Assembly: GCA_030145275.1 (NCBI GenBank)
Contig: JAQYVV010000006.1
Coordinates: 8,000-71,999 of the forward strand
Source of the DNA: Desulfurivibrionaceae bacterium
GTDB taxonomy: Bacteria > Desulfobacterota > Desulfobulbia > Desulfobulbales > VMSU01
Reading direction: 5' to 3'
Length of the DNA: 64,000 nt
Part shown: positions 10,901 through 18,110 of the stretch, in pieces
Position numbering within the stretch: the first letter of the stretch is position 1
Layout: each line of letters starts with the position of its first letter
The notes under the pieces: generated by a model
Databases searched by the model: none
Seen by the model: the letters and a program-made list of their open reading frames with translations, nothing else
Told to the model about the DNA's origin: nothing
Made by a program: the position numbers and the translations under genes

Positions 10901-11331
10901 GAGTACGTCAGCACACTAATATCATTGCCAGACTCATAGGCGTAGGCATCTATCTGCCCAGAGAACAGTATGAGTTCAGCGCCTTCAGTGCGAATCCGGG
11001 CCTTCTGGTATTGATAGTGCGGATCATGGCAGTCTATACACTGCTTGCTCCAAGTGCCATACTTGGCGCTGGTATTCTCGCTGGTGTGACCGAGAACTAT
11101 GGGCGCACTGGTGTTACTATATGGGCTGGTGGCAGCATTGTGACAATTTACCGTGCAGAAGTTATTGATATTACTGCCGGTAAGTAGAGGTGAATCAGCC
11201 AGCGAAGTATCATGACAACTGGAGCAGGAGATATTATGACCTGCGTCATGGGGCGCATCAAGCCCGGCAAAAACCGGGGCCATTAAAAAAAGAGAGACCC
11301 ACGTGAAGCAAATAACTTTTAAGAGAAGCAT
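3394..11331 (-). CDS. Giant secreted multihaem cytochrome c fused to seven Ig-like modules and two parallel beta-helix regions (2645 aa)
   Basis: Signal peptide MLLLKVICFTWVSLFLMAPVFA. The first ~720 aa hold 11 CXXCH motifs plus CTVNCH and CFSSNGCH. There are seven ~120-aa modules. Two Gly/Ser/Thr/Asn-rich regions are full of GGG(I/L/V)Y and GGA(I/V) turns, as in PMP-type right-handed beta-helices. These regions end in IDMGAYE and YDMGADEY. Confidence 0.9.
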   Translation of the reverse strand: MLLLKVICFTWVSLFLMAPVFAGLDAPHDAGHNISCSSCHDTSLADSPLLTGSNINNFCTVNCHNAATSPYSNTSAPIVLGHTSENTSAKYGTWSKQCIDCHDPHYQYQKARIRTEGAELILFSGQIDAYAYESGNDISVLTYSGGAFKSGWDIDSITEKTTAARRPILLPNLRKTGNAFAVTAIDATTMTVAGDVRSMYTYISPPTNFGVIYGQYIKRLVDWNNTPDDGTDDATVKFSDRQGDNSFADGDAIYDGICEVCHTMTDHFRNDGSGPDQNHTNAGAVTSIDCISCHAHTQGFAHGIDSQGPGCEPCHGHDPGYGGATGGAGSFWSHSTHTENDSDDLKGPNVGCDTCHDTANFPDFADGASSLLLTTVCDTCHSQGGTYDGVSDAVVGAKNNWDTAIYESDSVTLQAGKDKWCATCHDEAPSVASAISAPNVIGDEDGDYTYGVGTGWGYYKTGHGLDSADTYPASGGVVQGAGKGCDDCHDYSAAHIDGVARSFDCTDADPANDIDQNDRDCDSDEYRLGYRLNLVDDLNPMVVPLTGVTPNQDEHRLCFSSNGCHLPDKYLTKSTEYGTTFRDDLDWNPTGPDPAPVNAHEYHLGMQYRFRSDWRSTTGKNTITCINCHNVHGSTQLSMIRDGKLTGKEPGMKIFYTDMVVGSPSVSYVTTRDVVEPSQPIYLPDSTGTFWDSNTSDNLCSDCHGNATGGGYIYPRSSNPIAQEAPTLAWTGEAGYTTDGVSPDSAQSGNYFAFRVEYTDANRDRPTVIQVWVDVDDSGSYAENEKFTMFDVDDSDHDSSDGKLYTRIMALNSVGDGTLSYRFHAMDRNGTATGSPVTGATITLNPDVPVLAWSGEAGYSADGVSPNSGASGSSFVFQIDYSHADNLLPSNIQVWVDVDDSGSYEPGEKYEMTEVDSGDTTLTDSKLYSKTLALAYAGDGSLNYRFYALRDALEATGTPTTDRSVNVTSSNTAPLLTWTGVSNYVTDGVDPDSGLDNSSFSFQVQYSDADNTTPTAIQLWVDRNDDDDYDDSDEKIDLTVVDASDTDYSDGKMYVATTTLLIAGDGVINYRFFASDGSVDAGGIAANDNIVTLFVNTIKVSCDGTGDYDYTSLQTAINNAANGDTLLLADGTCTEKITIDNKDLTIISENGAASSIIDGNASGSTVTIKNGADTVLNGVTVQNGNQINFGKGGGLYISDSSPAIINSIITNNIGNSGGGGIYVIGASSTVTISATTISSNTAGSHGAGIYLDSGSSADISGSTISNNHSGNRGGGIFMATSADASLAVSSSTISGNSGTNFAYGGGIYCNATGGTVIVSIDDSTISGNSAQNGGGVYLESAGATLLTGSISDSTFSSNTSSTSAGGAIRLVALDSMTISGSTFNDNDGRTGGGGVAVVNGAGNTFTLIDSSIRDNSSAFFAKGGGLLLSGGTATIERSFFTGNSSQYGGGAYVDGNTTASFVNSVVSGNKGDYNGGGFHFSGEDVVLAADILNCTISGNTSNSGSAVEVAFDATATVTLTNSIIWGNGSSSQINGTVTASYSDIGEDGYSGNNNINIDPYFVDPLDFSYAPTSEGDYHLPNHSAAVDAGTATGAPASDIENNIRPNGAGIDMGAYEVGTVFNNIPSLEWTGETNYAADGVDPDQGVSGASFEFRTTYVDADNDAPVAIQLWVDENDNGSYEAGEKYTMSAVDGGDITYTDGKLYSKSLNLVYAGDDVLNYRFYAADTYDLATGEPVTDNTVVLSSVPQLAWLGSGDYVTDGAHPDSGFISSDFVFQVSYTDAHNTPPTSIQVWLDRNDDGDYLDSGETLTMTEISSADTDCTDGKIYTRTVNFFKAGDNTLNYRFYAANGVAAIGDPVTTTTSSVTIANHVPTLDWTGLLNYVSDGVDPNNDEDGSLFDFRIKYTDADNEAPASIQLWLDKNDDSDYLDVGEKVDLSAVDGGDSDYTDGKLYKVAINLNSAGDNNLNYSFRAGDGTDAATGDPTSDSTVGIFAASPPPDLDWTGESGYTIDGVEEESGPCGGLYTFRVQYTQLLNTAPVTIQLWVDKNDDGDYLDGGEKIDLTVVDGGDSDYTDGKLYTISTLVPYVADGGVAYLFYANDGTADANGNAIVEQTLTVVDAVEVPSEAATIQAGINAAADGQCVLVSNGTYSERIVFPTTKSVTVQSVYGAATTTIQGDGTNGQVVDISSGAHSAVLDGFTIDNQGSVITNSNTRGILVDSLSAPLIKNCIIQGNQPTGSGGGIYLLNASTTTATTLLNINVIGNTAQYGAGIRCDNSKLAITSSSVSSNTTTRDGGGIYLSGASSTVTITDSNIDNNTVSNTAYSGGGIFLDDNTAATISGGSSINGNTAGSGGAVYADAGSTLTISDTSIDSNGGTYGGAIRLRGTVVAALTNVSVSSNTSTQHGGAVYSADAGTSLVITNSTINDNIAATVKNGGALYIQNGSAEVNSSLIQGNKAGAYGGAIRNLGGTVTLTNCIVSGNIIEANDGGGIYCGAGTLNVYNTTISGNYSANRGGGLYGIGTIINSVIWGNTAGGTGPNISGTPTVTYSDVEGGYAGTGNIDANPEFVDFQQAGSGSPTTAGDFRICNGADNPAGCTNVSPCIDSASATSAPADDIEGDARPYDVGGLGDDVDDYDMGADEYVP
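4990..6458 (-). repeat. Four tandem ~120-aa modules (in-gene repeat set 2)
   Basis: The modules start LEWTGETNYAADG, LAWLGSGDYVTDG, LDWTGLLNYVSDG and LDWTGESGYTIDG, with the same internal signature as set 1. Coordinates are approximate. Confidence 0.8.
6480..8050 (-). other. Parallel beta-helix region 1 of the giant protein
   Basis: ~20-residue periodic turns of the form ..S.I..N.A...GGGIY.. It ends with the NIRPNGAGIDMGAYEVG motif. Coordinates are approximate. Confidence 0.7.
8060..9153 (-). repeat. Three tandem ~120-aa modules (in-gene repeat set 1)
   Basis: The modules start LAWTGEAGYTTDG, LAWSGEAGYSADG and LTWTGVSNYVTDG. Each contains Y(T/S)DADN..P..IQ(V/L)WVD..D(D/S)G.Y and ends in L.YRF.A. 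Coordinates are approximate. Confidence 0.8.
9154..11331 (-). other. Haem-rich N-terminal region of the giant protein
   Basis: All CXXCH motifs of the protein fall here: CSSCH, CIDCH, CEVCH, CISCH, CEPCH, CDTCH x2, CATCH, CDDCH, CINCH, CSDCH. Confidence 0.85.
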
Positions 11332-11818
11332 ATAACCTATTTCCTGTTCCTTTGAGAAAAACTCATATTATTCCAACCGATTACCAGCAGGTGCAATACG
11401 GTCAAATTTCTAGATGATAACGATGCAACAGCCTTTACGTATGCTCGATGAACTCGCTTGCTTCATTCAGAGAGCCTAATTTCATAAGCGAATCATCGGT
11501 GTGGTGGATAAGACGCATGAGCATAACTACCATCAATAATGACGTAGCGATAGTTGACAGAGGCCAGATCCGTGCTATTTATGGGAGATCTACGGCGCCT
11601 CGGCAAATTATACTGCTGCCTCTGCCCAAGGCCTGCACTCGGCGACCCAGACAATCCATGCGTAGCATGGATAAGCGGGCCGAGCTTATGGCAATCTTAC
11701 ACTAGGGAACTCCAGGAAACACACGGAGCACTCTGAATCAATCATATTGATGATACCACTAAAATTTCGAATTTCTCACAACTTTTTAAGAAAACAACTA
11801 ATAGCTTACATGGTTTTT

Positions 11819-14188
11819 TCATGGAATAGTGACTTTCAGTGTGTAACAGGTATCACAATCATCTTGGTCCGCCCAACTGTCCCAATAAAGCTCGTGAATA
11901 CTGTAATCAGGGGCATATATTTTCAACCAAATCTCATAAGTCCCGGCACTGTAGGTGTGTTGAACTGATCCGGTAGGCGACGTGAACGAGTCTGATCCTG
12001 AGGGCCAATAGACATAAACCTTACCATACGGATCGCCATTGACCGACACCGTGACAGTGCTGCCGCTAATCGATACATCTGGATACCAGGCAGGCGGCGG
12101 TGGTGGTGGCGCACTTGGCGTGAACGAAATCGTAGTCTTTTCGCCGGTCAAACCATTGGCGCCAGTCACACTGACCACGGCCTGATAGGTTCCTGCCGCA
12201 CCGTATTCATAGGATACGGAGGAAGAGGTCCCAAAATCCTGCTCCGTATAGACGACAGAGCCGGAAGCTGCGAGACCATCATAAAATTCCCAGGTATAGG
12301 TGTACGGCGACACACAGGCACTTGCGGGGAAACAGGATGGGGAGCCGGTGATTATGGAAATGCCGTAATCGCCTTGATCTGTTAAGTCATAGCTGAAACC
12401 TGCAGGAGTTAATGAGGCGCCCCCCCAGTTGAAGGATGCGCCAAAACCATATACACCGTGGCAGGAAATATTGGAGCACCTGCCAGCGCCGCCATTGAAG
12501 GTGTAGTCGAGGGTTGAGTCATAGGGTATGCTGTTCTTCAAAAAGGTAGGAGAAGCCACAACATCATACACACCGTTGATGTGTTTGGTCGCATCGGTAA
12601 TAGTAACACCGTCTGTGGTCGTGGCATAATGGCATATCTCACAGTCAAACCCAATGCTCTCATGTCTTTCGTGCGTATTCGATTTGCTGCCGCCAACAAA
12701 ATTACCATATGCCGGCGGGTAGCCATGACAGTTGTTACAGTTGTTCCCATCCCCCTGCGGATCAGGTGAAGAACCGTCCCACTTGGGAGAGGTGTTTATT
12801 CCCACTTCAGGGGAAACAAATCCTGTTGAAATTGAGGTGCCGTCACTGTGACAATAGGTGTTGGCACAGACAATCCCGCCACCTGTAGTAACTGTCGTAT
12901 TGTTGACCCCCTGGTATGTATAACCGTTGGCAAGGGTCTGGCCGTCATAGGATGTATCCGTCCCGTCGCTCATGCCGCTGACCGCTACCCCGGAAAAACC
13001 GATCTGGATAGCAGCATCGCCCTCCTGGTTACTGGCAGTCATGGTGGTTGACATGCCCCCGTAATGACAGATGTGGCAAGGATATCCCATGCCGCTCGGG
13101 GTGGCATGCAAGGTGTGCTGGCCGCTGCTGGCCGAAGCAGTTGCATCCGGGGGAGGATAGCGAGCCTCCTCCGGTACATTGCCTGACCCCACCAGACCAC
13201 TGGGGCCATTAGGGCTATCCTGGCTGGGAGGCAAGCCGTGACAGTCTGTACAACTGGGCCGAAAGCCATCGGCATGATTATGACAGAACAAGCACTGCTC
13301 CTCACTCTCCAGGTTGACGTTAGCCTCGTCAAGCAGGGCAATATTGGCATGGTTTGGGTCTGGAGCGGCTGCGGCGCCGGCATTACGGAAGTGATCGGTT
13401 TGGGTATGACAAATTTCACAGACATTACTGCCGTCCCCGGCGGTAAAGCCATAGGTGCCGTTCTTATCCATGAACTTCAGGGCTTTTTCGTAGCTGCCGT
13501 CGCCATCAGTATCAACGAACTTCCTGATGTACTGACCATAGATGACGCCAAAGTTAGTGGGCGGGCTAATGTAGGTGTACATGGCCCTGACATCGCCGGC
13601 CACGGTCATGGTAGTAGCGTCGATAGCTGTAACTGCAAAGGCGTTGCCAGTTTTCTTCAGATTGGGCAGGAGGATGGGCCGCCTGGCCGCTGTGGTCTTT
13701 TCGGTTATGGAATCTATGTTCCAGCCGCTCTTAAAAGTCCCGCCGGAATACGTCAGCGCACTGGTGTTGTCATCGGCGTCATAAACATAAGCATCAACCT
13801 GACCGCTGAAGAGGAACAGTTCAACACTCTCGGTGCTGGCCCAATATTTCTGATTTTGATAGTGCGGATCATGGCAGTCCAGGCACTGTTTGGTCCAAGG
13901 GCCAAACTGGGTGCTGGTATAGGCGCTAGTATGCCCGAGGACCATGGGAGCACTGGTGTTGCTGTAAGATTCAACATTGGCGGCATTATGACAATTTACC
14001 GTACAGAAATTGTTGATATTGCTGCCGATAAGCAAAGGGGAATCCGACAGCGAAGTATCATGACAACTGGAACAAGAGATTTTATGGCCTGCGTCGTGGG
14101 GCGCATCAAGGCCGGCAAAGACCAGATCCGCAGAGAAAAGAGATACACAGATGACACAAAAAATTTTTAGAAAAAGAGCATAGCCCAT
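11819..14188 (-). CDS. Secreted multihaem cytochrome c with C-terminal PKD/Ig-like domains (789 aa); N-terminal paralogue of the giant protein
   Basis: It has a signal peptide and 8 CXXCH motifs, plus CTVNCH, CANTYCH and CSNISCH. The CX4CH...CXXCH pattern resembles the Geobacter-type domain. The first ~270 aa are ~80% identical to the giant protein. A PKD-like region is present (YTYTWEFYDG...YQAVVSVTGANGLTGEKTTISF). Confidence 0.9.
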   Translation of the reverse strand: MGYALFLKIFCVICVSLFSADLVFAGLDAPHDAGHKISCSSCHDTSLSDSPLLIGSNINNFCTVNCHNAANVESYSNTSAPMVLGHTSAYTSTQFGPWTKQCLDCHDPHYQNQKYWASTESVELFLFSGQVDAYVYDADDNTSALTYSGGTFKSGWNIDSITEKTTAARRPILLPNLKKTGNAFAVTAIDATTMTVAGDVRAMYTYISPPTNFGVIYGQYIRKFVDTDGDGSYEKALKFMDKNGTYGFTAGDGSNVCEICHTQTDHFRNAGAAAAPDPNHANIALLDEANVNLESEEQCLFCHNHADGFRPSCTDCHGLPPSQDSPNGPSGLVGSGNVPEEARYPPPDATASASSGQHTLHATPSGMGYPCHICHYGGMSTTMTASNQEGDAAIQIGFSGVAVSGMSDGTDTSYDGQTLANGYTYQGVNNTTVTTGGGIVCANTYCHSDGTSISTGFVSPEVGINTSPKWDGSSPDPQGDGNNCNNCHGYPPAYGNFVGGSKSNTHERHESIGFDCEICHYATTTDGVTITDATKHINGVYDVVASPTFLKNSIPYDSTLDYTFNGGAGRCSNISCHGVYGFGASFNWGGASLTPAGFSYDLTDQGDYGISIITGSPSCFPASACVSPYTYTWEFYDGLAASGSVVYTEQDFGTSSSVSYEYGAAGTYQAVVSVTGANGLTGEKTTISFTPSAPPPPPPAWYPDVSISGSTVTVSVNGDPYGKVYVYWPSGSDSFTSPTGSVQHTYSAGTYEIWLKIYAPDYSIHELYWDSWADQDDCDTCYTLKVTIP

Positions 14189-14372
14189 ATTCAGTCCCCT
14201 TGATAAAAACTCGCTATCATTATAACCGGATCCCGGCAGGTTAACTCAAATCAACGATCCATATTATCATTGTACAAATGGCCCCACGATACCCAAACAG
14301 AGAAGAAAGAAGCTTCCTTAAGTTTGAGCTTCTAAGAGTTCCCAAATGGGGTACTGCGGGAACTTTACTGGT

Positions 14373-16952
14373 CTACTTAACCTTGCGCAGCTTTGCCGGT
14401 CCAGAAAGATCGACAATTACCCCATTAGCAACCCCATCGGCATCGCCCAAACCACCGTCGGTGAGTTCCAGAACAGCTGACAAGCGATCACGACTGATCT
14501 GAGTCAAACCGCTATAATCAAGCCACCCATTAAACGGATCATAATGGACCCAGCTGCTGCCAGATGGAATAGCCCGCCCCTCCTCGGCAAAATAGAAAGA
14601 CACGGATACGGAGGCGCCAGGAGAAGCAACCTCAATTTTGTTAGCCAGCAAGCCAAGTGAGAACTTAATAGATTTACCAGGGGGCTCCAGTAAATTTTCC
14701 GGGGCAACGGCCTTGACCGCCAGTAAACTTGCCACCTCGGATACCACACTTAAGCAAGCTCTATTCCCCCCTTCTGCCGTATCAACACAGAAGAGTTCAT
14801 CCTGCTCGCGATCGGCAATGCCGTCAGCATTTACATCATCAATGCCCATTTCTCCATCTACCGGCTCCTCAAGCCCCTGGAGACCGGTTTGAAAAGTAAA
14901 GACATCAGACCATTCCGACTGACTACCCAGGGTAGACCAGAACTTTGCCCGCCAGTAGTAGGTGGTTTCAGGGTCAAGAAGTAGTTCCGCTAACGGTAGT
15001 TCGGTCAAATTCTCGCCAGAACCATTCACCGCCAGGAGGAGATGGCTAAATTCAGGATCAGGGCTAACCTGCCAACTCGTGAACCAGTGCTCAGCGCAGC
15101 CTGCCGGATCAACATAGACTCCCGCACTCAACTGTGCTGTTACAGAGATATCCTCGGAATAATTTTCAGGAGAGAGCGGCAGTGGCCAATCCGGCCAAGA
15201 GAGACACTCAAAGCTATCTCCCAGGCCAATGATGGCTGGCATACTCCAGCTACTGATATTTCCGGCCTGATCAATGGAACTTACCCTCCAGTACCAAATA
15301 CCGTCAGCAAACAAATTGCCTAAGTCATACCAGCCGTCGGTGATGATCGTACTCGTCGTAAGGCCATTAAAATCTGGATTATCTGCCACTTCCACCCTAA
15401 AGGCAACGGCGTCCGCCGCTGTCCAACTTATGATGCTTGTACCGGGCAGAAACCCAAAATCGACAACGGGAGTGAGGGGCGGTTTGGTATCGAGAATGAC
15501 CTCGGCTGCGATTTCGATAGTGTTACCACCAGCATCCTGCAAGTTCCCCAGAACCGTCTTCACTCCATCACCAGTAGTAAGCAGCCAGGCCAAATCAGCA
15601 CCAAAAGGCTTCCATTCGCCAAATGGTTCTCCAGCATTGGCAAAACGCATGATCTCGGCTTCAGGAGAGATGATGGAGAGCAGCACATCTGCGCCACTGG
15701 TGTAGGTAGCGCCATTATTAATTTGCAGAGAGCCACTGAGCTGATTCTTCACTGCCACCGTGCAGAAGTCCGGTTCTGATAGCAGCCCCAGGGCATTGGT
15801 TACCGTCAGTTGAAAAACAAGCTCCTCACCAAGAGGCGCCACTTCCGGAGCCTCGAAAATCGGCCTAACAGAATCAGGATCATCCAAATTCACTAATGGG
15901 CCACCCACCTGGGTCCAGGTAAAAGAGAGCAGCTCACCTTCCGGATCACTGGAACTGCTGCCATCCAAGCTTACCATGGCATGCTCGGTAACCAGAAGGT
16001 CCTCGCCGGCATGGGCCTCTGGAGGCTTATTGTCCCAGTTCATCTCCCCGGAAGCATCGGCAAGTCCTAACACCCTCACCCCACGCCAGAAGGGAGAACC
16101 GATCAAAAGCCGCAAATCTGCAGTTACTGCAAGAGCCTGGGCAGGAAGTTCTGCTCCGTTTTCCTCGCGAATCGAGCCAAGATACTCTCCACTGCTGCTA
16201 TAGCAGAACACCCCACCTCGGGCAGGATCACTGATATAGACATTGCCCCCGGGGGCGACGCTGATACCACGAGGCCGGATTAACTGCCCTTCGCCCAGGC
16301 CGTAACTAGCGAAACTCCTAAGAAACACCCCTGAAAGTGTACACACCGAAACTCTCACCCCGTGAATCATACCGCCGTCATTCCCCACAATGGGAGGCTG
16401 TTCAAGGATATAGAGTTCATCACCGGCAATAGCAATGGATTCAGGGAGGTTCGGACTATCATCAATGGTAAAAAGCAGGCTGCCGCCTGGTTCATAAACC
16501 TTTATAGCGTGAGCCAACTGATCAACAACGTAGATATTGCCGCTCTGACTATCAACAGCGAGACTCACCGGACGTTTGAACTCACCGGCTCCGCTGCCTA
16601 AATAACCAAGCTCAACTCCAGACGCAGCATCAATAATAGTTACGGAGAGATCCTTAGCTGAACTGACGAAAAGACGGTCTCTGTCACTGGCAACTGCTAA
16701 AGGAGAGGAGACAGGGAACATATTGCGCAAAACACCCTGCAGAGAGTAGCTCGCCACCAGATCACGGTCCGAGTCAACCGCATAGATCACTCCCCTGGCA
16801 ACGGAGAGGTGTTCAACGGTGGAGAGTTTGGAAGTAATGGAGGGAAGCGGTACATATTCAATGTAGGCCATGGCCATAATGGGAAAAGAAAGTAGAACAA
16901 TAAATAACACAAGCGCTAAATAACCTTTTATTTTGACCATAACCATCCCCAT
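14373..16952 (-). CDS. Secreted NHL-repeat beta-propeller protein with PKD-like and two Fn3/Ig-like modules (859 aa)
   Basis: Signal/TM segment LALVLFIVLLSFPIMAMA. NHL-like blades repeat (...IYVVDQLAHAIKVY, GNVYISDPARGGVFCY). A PKD-like segment reads SLDGSSSSDPEGELLSFTWTQVGGP. Two modules carry the ...YYWR(V/A)...S.WS signature. There is a DDVNADGIAD Ca-loop-like motif and a C-terminal DGGLGDADGVANGVIVDLSGP motif. Confidence 0.85.
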   Translation of the reverse strand: MGMVMVKIKGYLALVLFIVLLSFPIMAMAYIEYVPLPSITSKLSTVEHLSVARGVIYAVDSDRDLVASYSLQGVLRNMFPVSSPLAVASDRDRLFVSSAKDLSVTIIDAASGVELGYLGSGAGEFKRPVSLAVDSQSGNIYVVDQLAHAIKVYEPGGSLLFTIDDSPNLPESIAIAGDELYILEQPPIVGNDGGMIHGVRVSVCTLSGVFLRSFASYGLGEGQLIRPRGISVAPGGNVYISDPARGGVFCYSSSGEYLGSIREENGAELPAQALAVTADLRLLIGSPFWRGVRVLGLADASGEMNWDNKPPEAHAGEDLLVTEHAMVSLDGSSSSDPEGELLSFTWTQVGGPLVNLDDPDSVRPIFEAPEVAPLGEELVFQLTVTNALGLLSEPDFCTVAVKNQLSGSLQINNGATYTSGADVLLSIISPEAEIMRFANAGEPFGEWKPFGADLAWLLTTGDGVKTVLGNLQDAGGNTIEIAAEVILDTKPPLTPVVDFGFLPGTSIISWTAADAVAFRVEVADNPDFNGLTTSTIITDGWYDLGNLFADGIWYWRVSSIDQAGNISSWSMPAIIGLGDSFECLSWPDWPLPLSPENYSEDISVTAQLSAGVYVDPAGCAEHWFTSWQVSPDPEFSHLLLAVNGSGENLTELPLAELLLDPETTYYWRAKFWSTLGSQSEWSDVFTFQTGLQGLEEPVDGEMGIDDVNADGIADREQDELFCVDTAEGGNRACLSVVSEVASLLAVKAVAPENLLEPPGKSIKFSLGLLANKIEVASPGASVSVSFYFAEEGRAIPSGSSWVHYDPFNGWLDYSGLTQISRDRLSAVLELTDGGLGDADGVANGVIVDLSGPAKLRKVK

Positions 16953-16958
16953 CCTCCG

Positions 16959-18110
16959 TTAAACACCATCTTTGTTACTATGACAGACAAAACAGCCGTT
17001 GCCAGCACCAGCCCCTGTGGTCCCAGCTGAAATTAAGGTGTAATCCCAACGCAGCATATCAGAAAAGGGGCTGCCATGGGCTCGATGACAGGAGAGACAG
17101 AGTACCGTATCCGTCCCCGGAGTTACAGTCCCAGAAGCTGTGCTTCCGGTAATGCTCACCCGGCCCACCGGAACATCTAGGTCATAGCTGGTATAGGCGG
17201 CATACTCACCACTGTTGGGTAAGAGAATATCGGTGGGGTGCCTAATCCATGGTGAAGAAGGCCCGCCAATATCAGCACTGGCATGAAAAAGACCGTGACA
17301 TTCAGCACAGAGCTGGCTGATGCTCTCGATATCCGCCCAGTCCTGGGTACTACGATCAGCATAGACTATGCCCTTATACTCGTTATGATCTGTTGGACCG
17401 GTGGTCGCCTGCCAGTCCGCATCCTCAGCCCCATGTACCTTATTGAGAAAACGGTAACTGGTAGCCACCGTGGCCCCCTGAGACGCCTCATCCAATGAAC
17501 CGAACTTCAAAACCGAATCGTCACCGTGATGAGTAGCGTGCATGGCCTGGGTCTGGCTGATCTTCTCCCGATCGCCATGACAACCATTAGTACCGGCGCA
17601 CATAACCTGCGGAGCCGTCCCAGAGTAAGCGGGCTGGTACTTTGCAGTAGAGGGATCATAGTCGGCAACATAGCCTGGCGGTGTGTTCTGCAGGTCACTG
17701 TCCTGAGCGACAATGTCATTACCAAATCCGTGGATATTATGACCGTAGCTATCATCAACAAAAACGTGATGGTAGTTCCCTGCGGCCAAATCCGTGCCAA
17801 CATGGGCAATCTGCGGGGCATCGGCTATAATATTATCACCGCCATCCACGGCCTGCGCATGGCAGCCTAGACAGTCAAGACGCAGCATAGAGGAACGGGC
17901 TGAGCTATGACAATCGTTACACTCAGCGGCCCCAGCAACATTAGGGGTGGAATCAATTTTCATGGAAGCACCGTTCTGGCTGTCATGCATGGTGTGGCAG
18001 CTGGAACACTGGCCACTCTGGATTTTAGTCCATCCAATCGCAGGGAGAAAGAAGGATAAAAAGAGGCAAAGCAAAAGGGTGAAGAGAGGCTGCCAGCAGG
18101 CAAACCGCAT
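16959..18110 (-). CDS. Secreted multihaem cytochrome c (6 CXXCH)
   Basis: Motifs CSSCH, CNDCH, CLGCH, CAECH, CLSCH and CFVCH, plus CAGTNGCH. The start was moved to MRFACWQPLFTLLLCLFLSFFLPAIG so that the protein begins with its signal peptide. The ORF itself is open up to 18284. Confidence 0.85.
   Translation of the reverse strand: MRFACWQPLFTLLLCLFLSFFLPAIGWTKIQSGQCSSCHTMHDSQNGASMKIDSTPNVAGAAECNDCHSSARSSMLRLDCLGCHAQAVDGGDNIIADAPQIAHVGTDLAAGNYHHVFVDDSYGHNIHGFGNDIVAQDSDLQNTPPGYVADYDPSTAKYQPAYSGTAPQVMCAGTNGCHGDREKISQTQAMHATHHGDDSVLKFGSLDEASQGATVATSYRFLNKVHGAEDADWQATTGPTDHNEYKGIVYADRSTQDWADIESISQLCAECHGLFHASADIGGPSSPWIRHPTDILLPNSGEYAAYTSYDLDVPVGRVSITGSTASGTVTPGTDTVLCLSCHRAHGSPFSDMLRWDYTLISAGTTGAGAGNGCFVCHSNKDGV

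Noticed and set aside
11448-11705. 85-aa plus-strand ORF in the 487-bp gap between the two paralogous cytochrome genes.
   Set aside because: It has no ribosome-binding site or motif, an Arg/Ser-rich composition and the opposite orientation to the operon. The gap itself remains unexplained.
13238-14170. 310-aa plus-strand ORF, and similar long antisense ORFs (5722-6204, 10381-10824, 9637-10044 and others).
   Set aside because: They are shadow ORFs opposite the cytochrome and giant genes. The sense strands carry signal peptides, CXXCH motifs and coherent domain repeats, while the antisense translations show no motifs.
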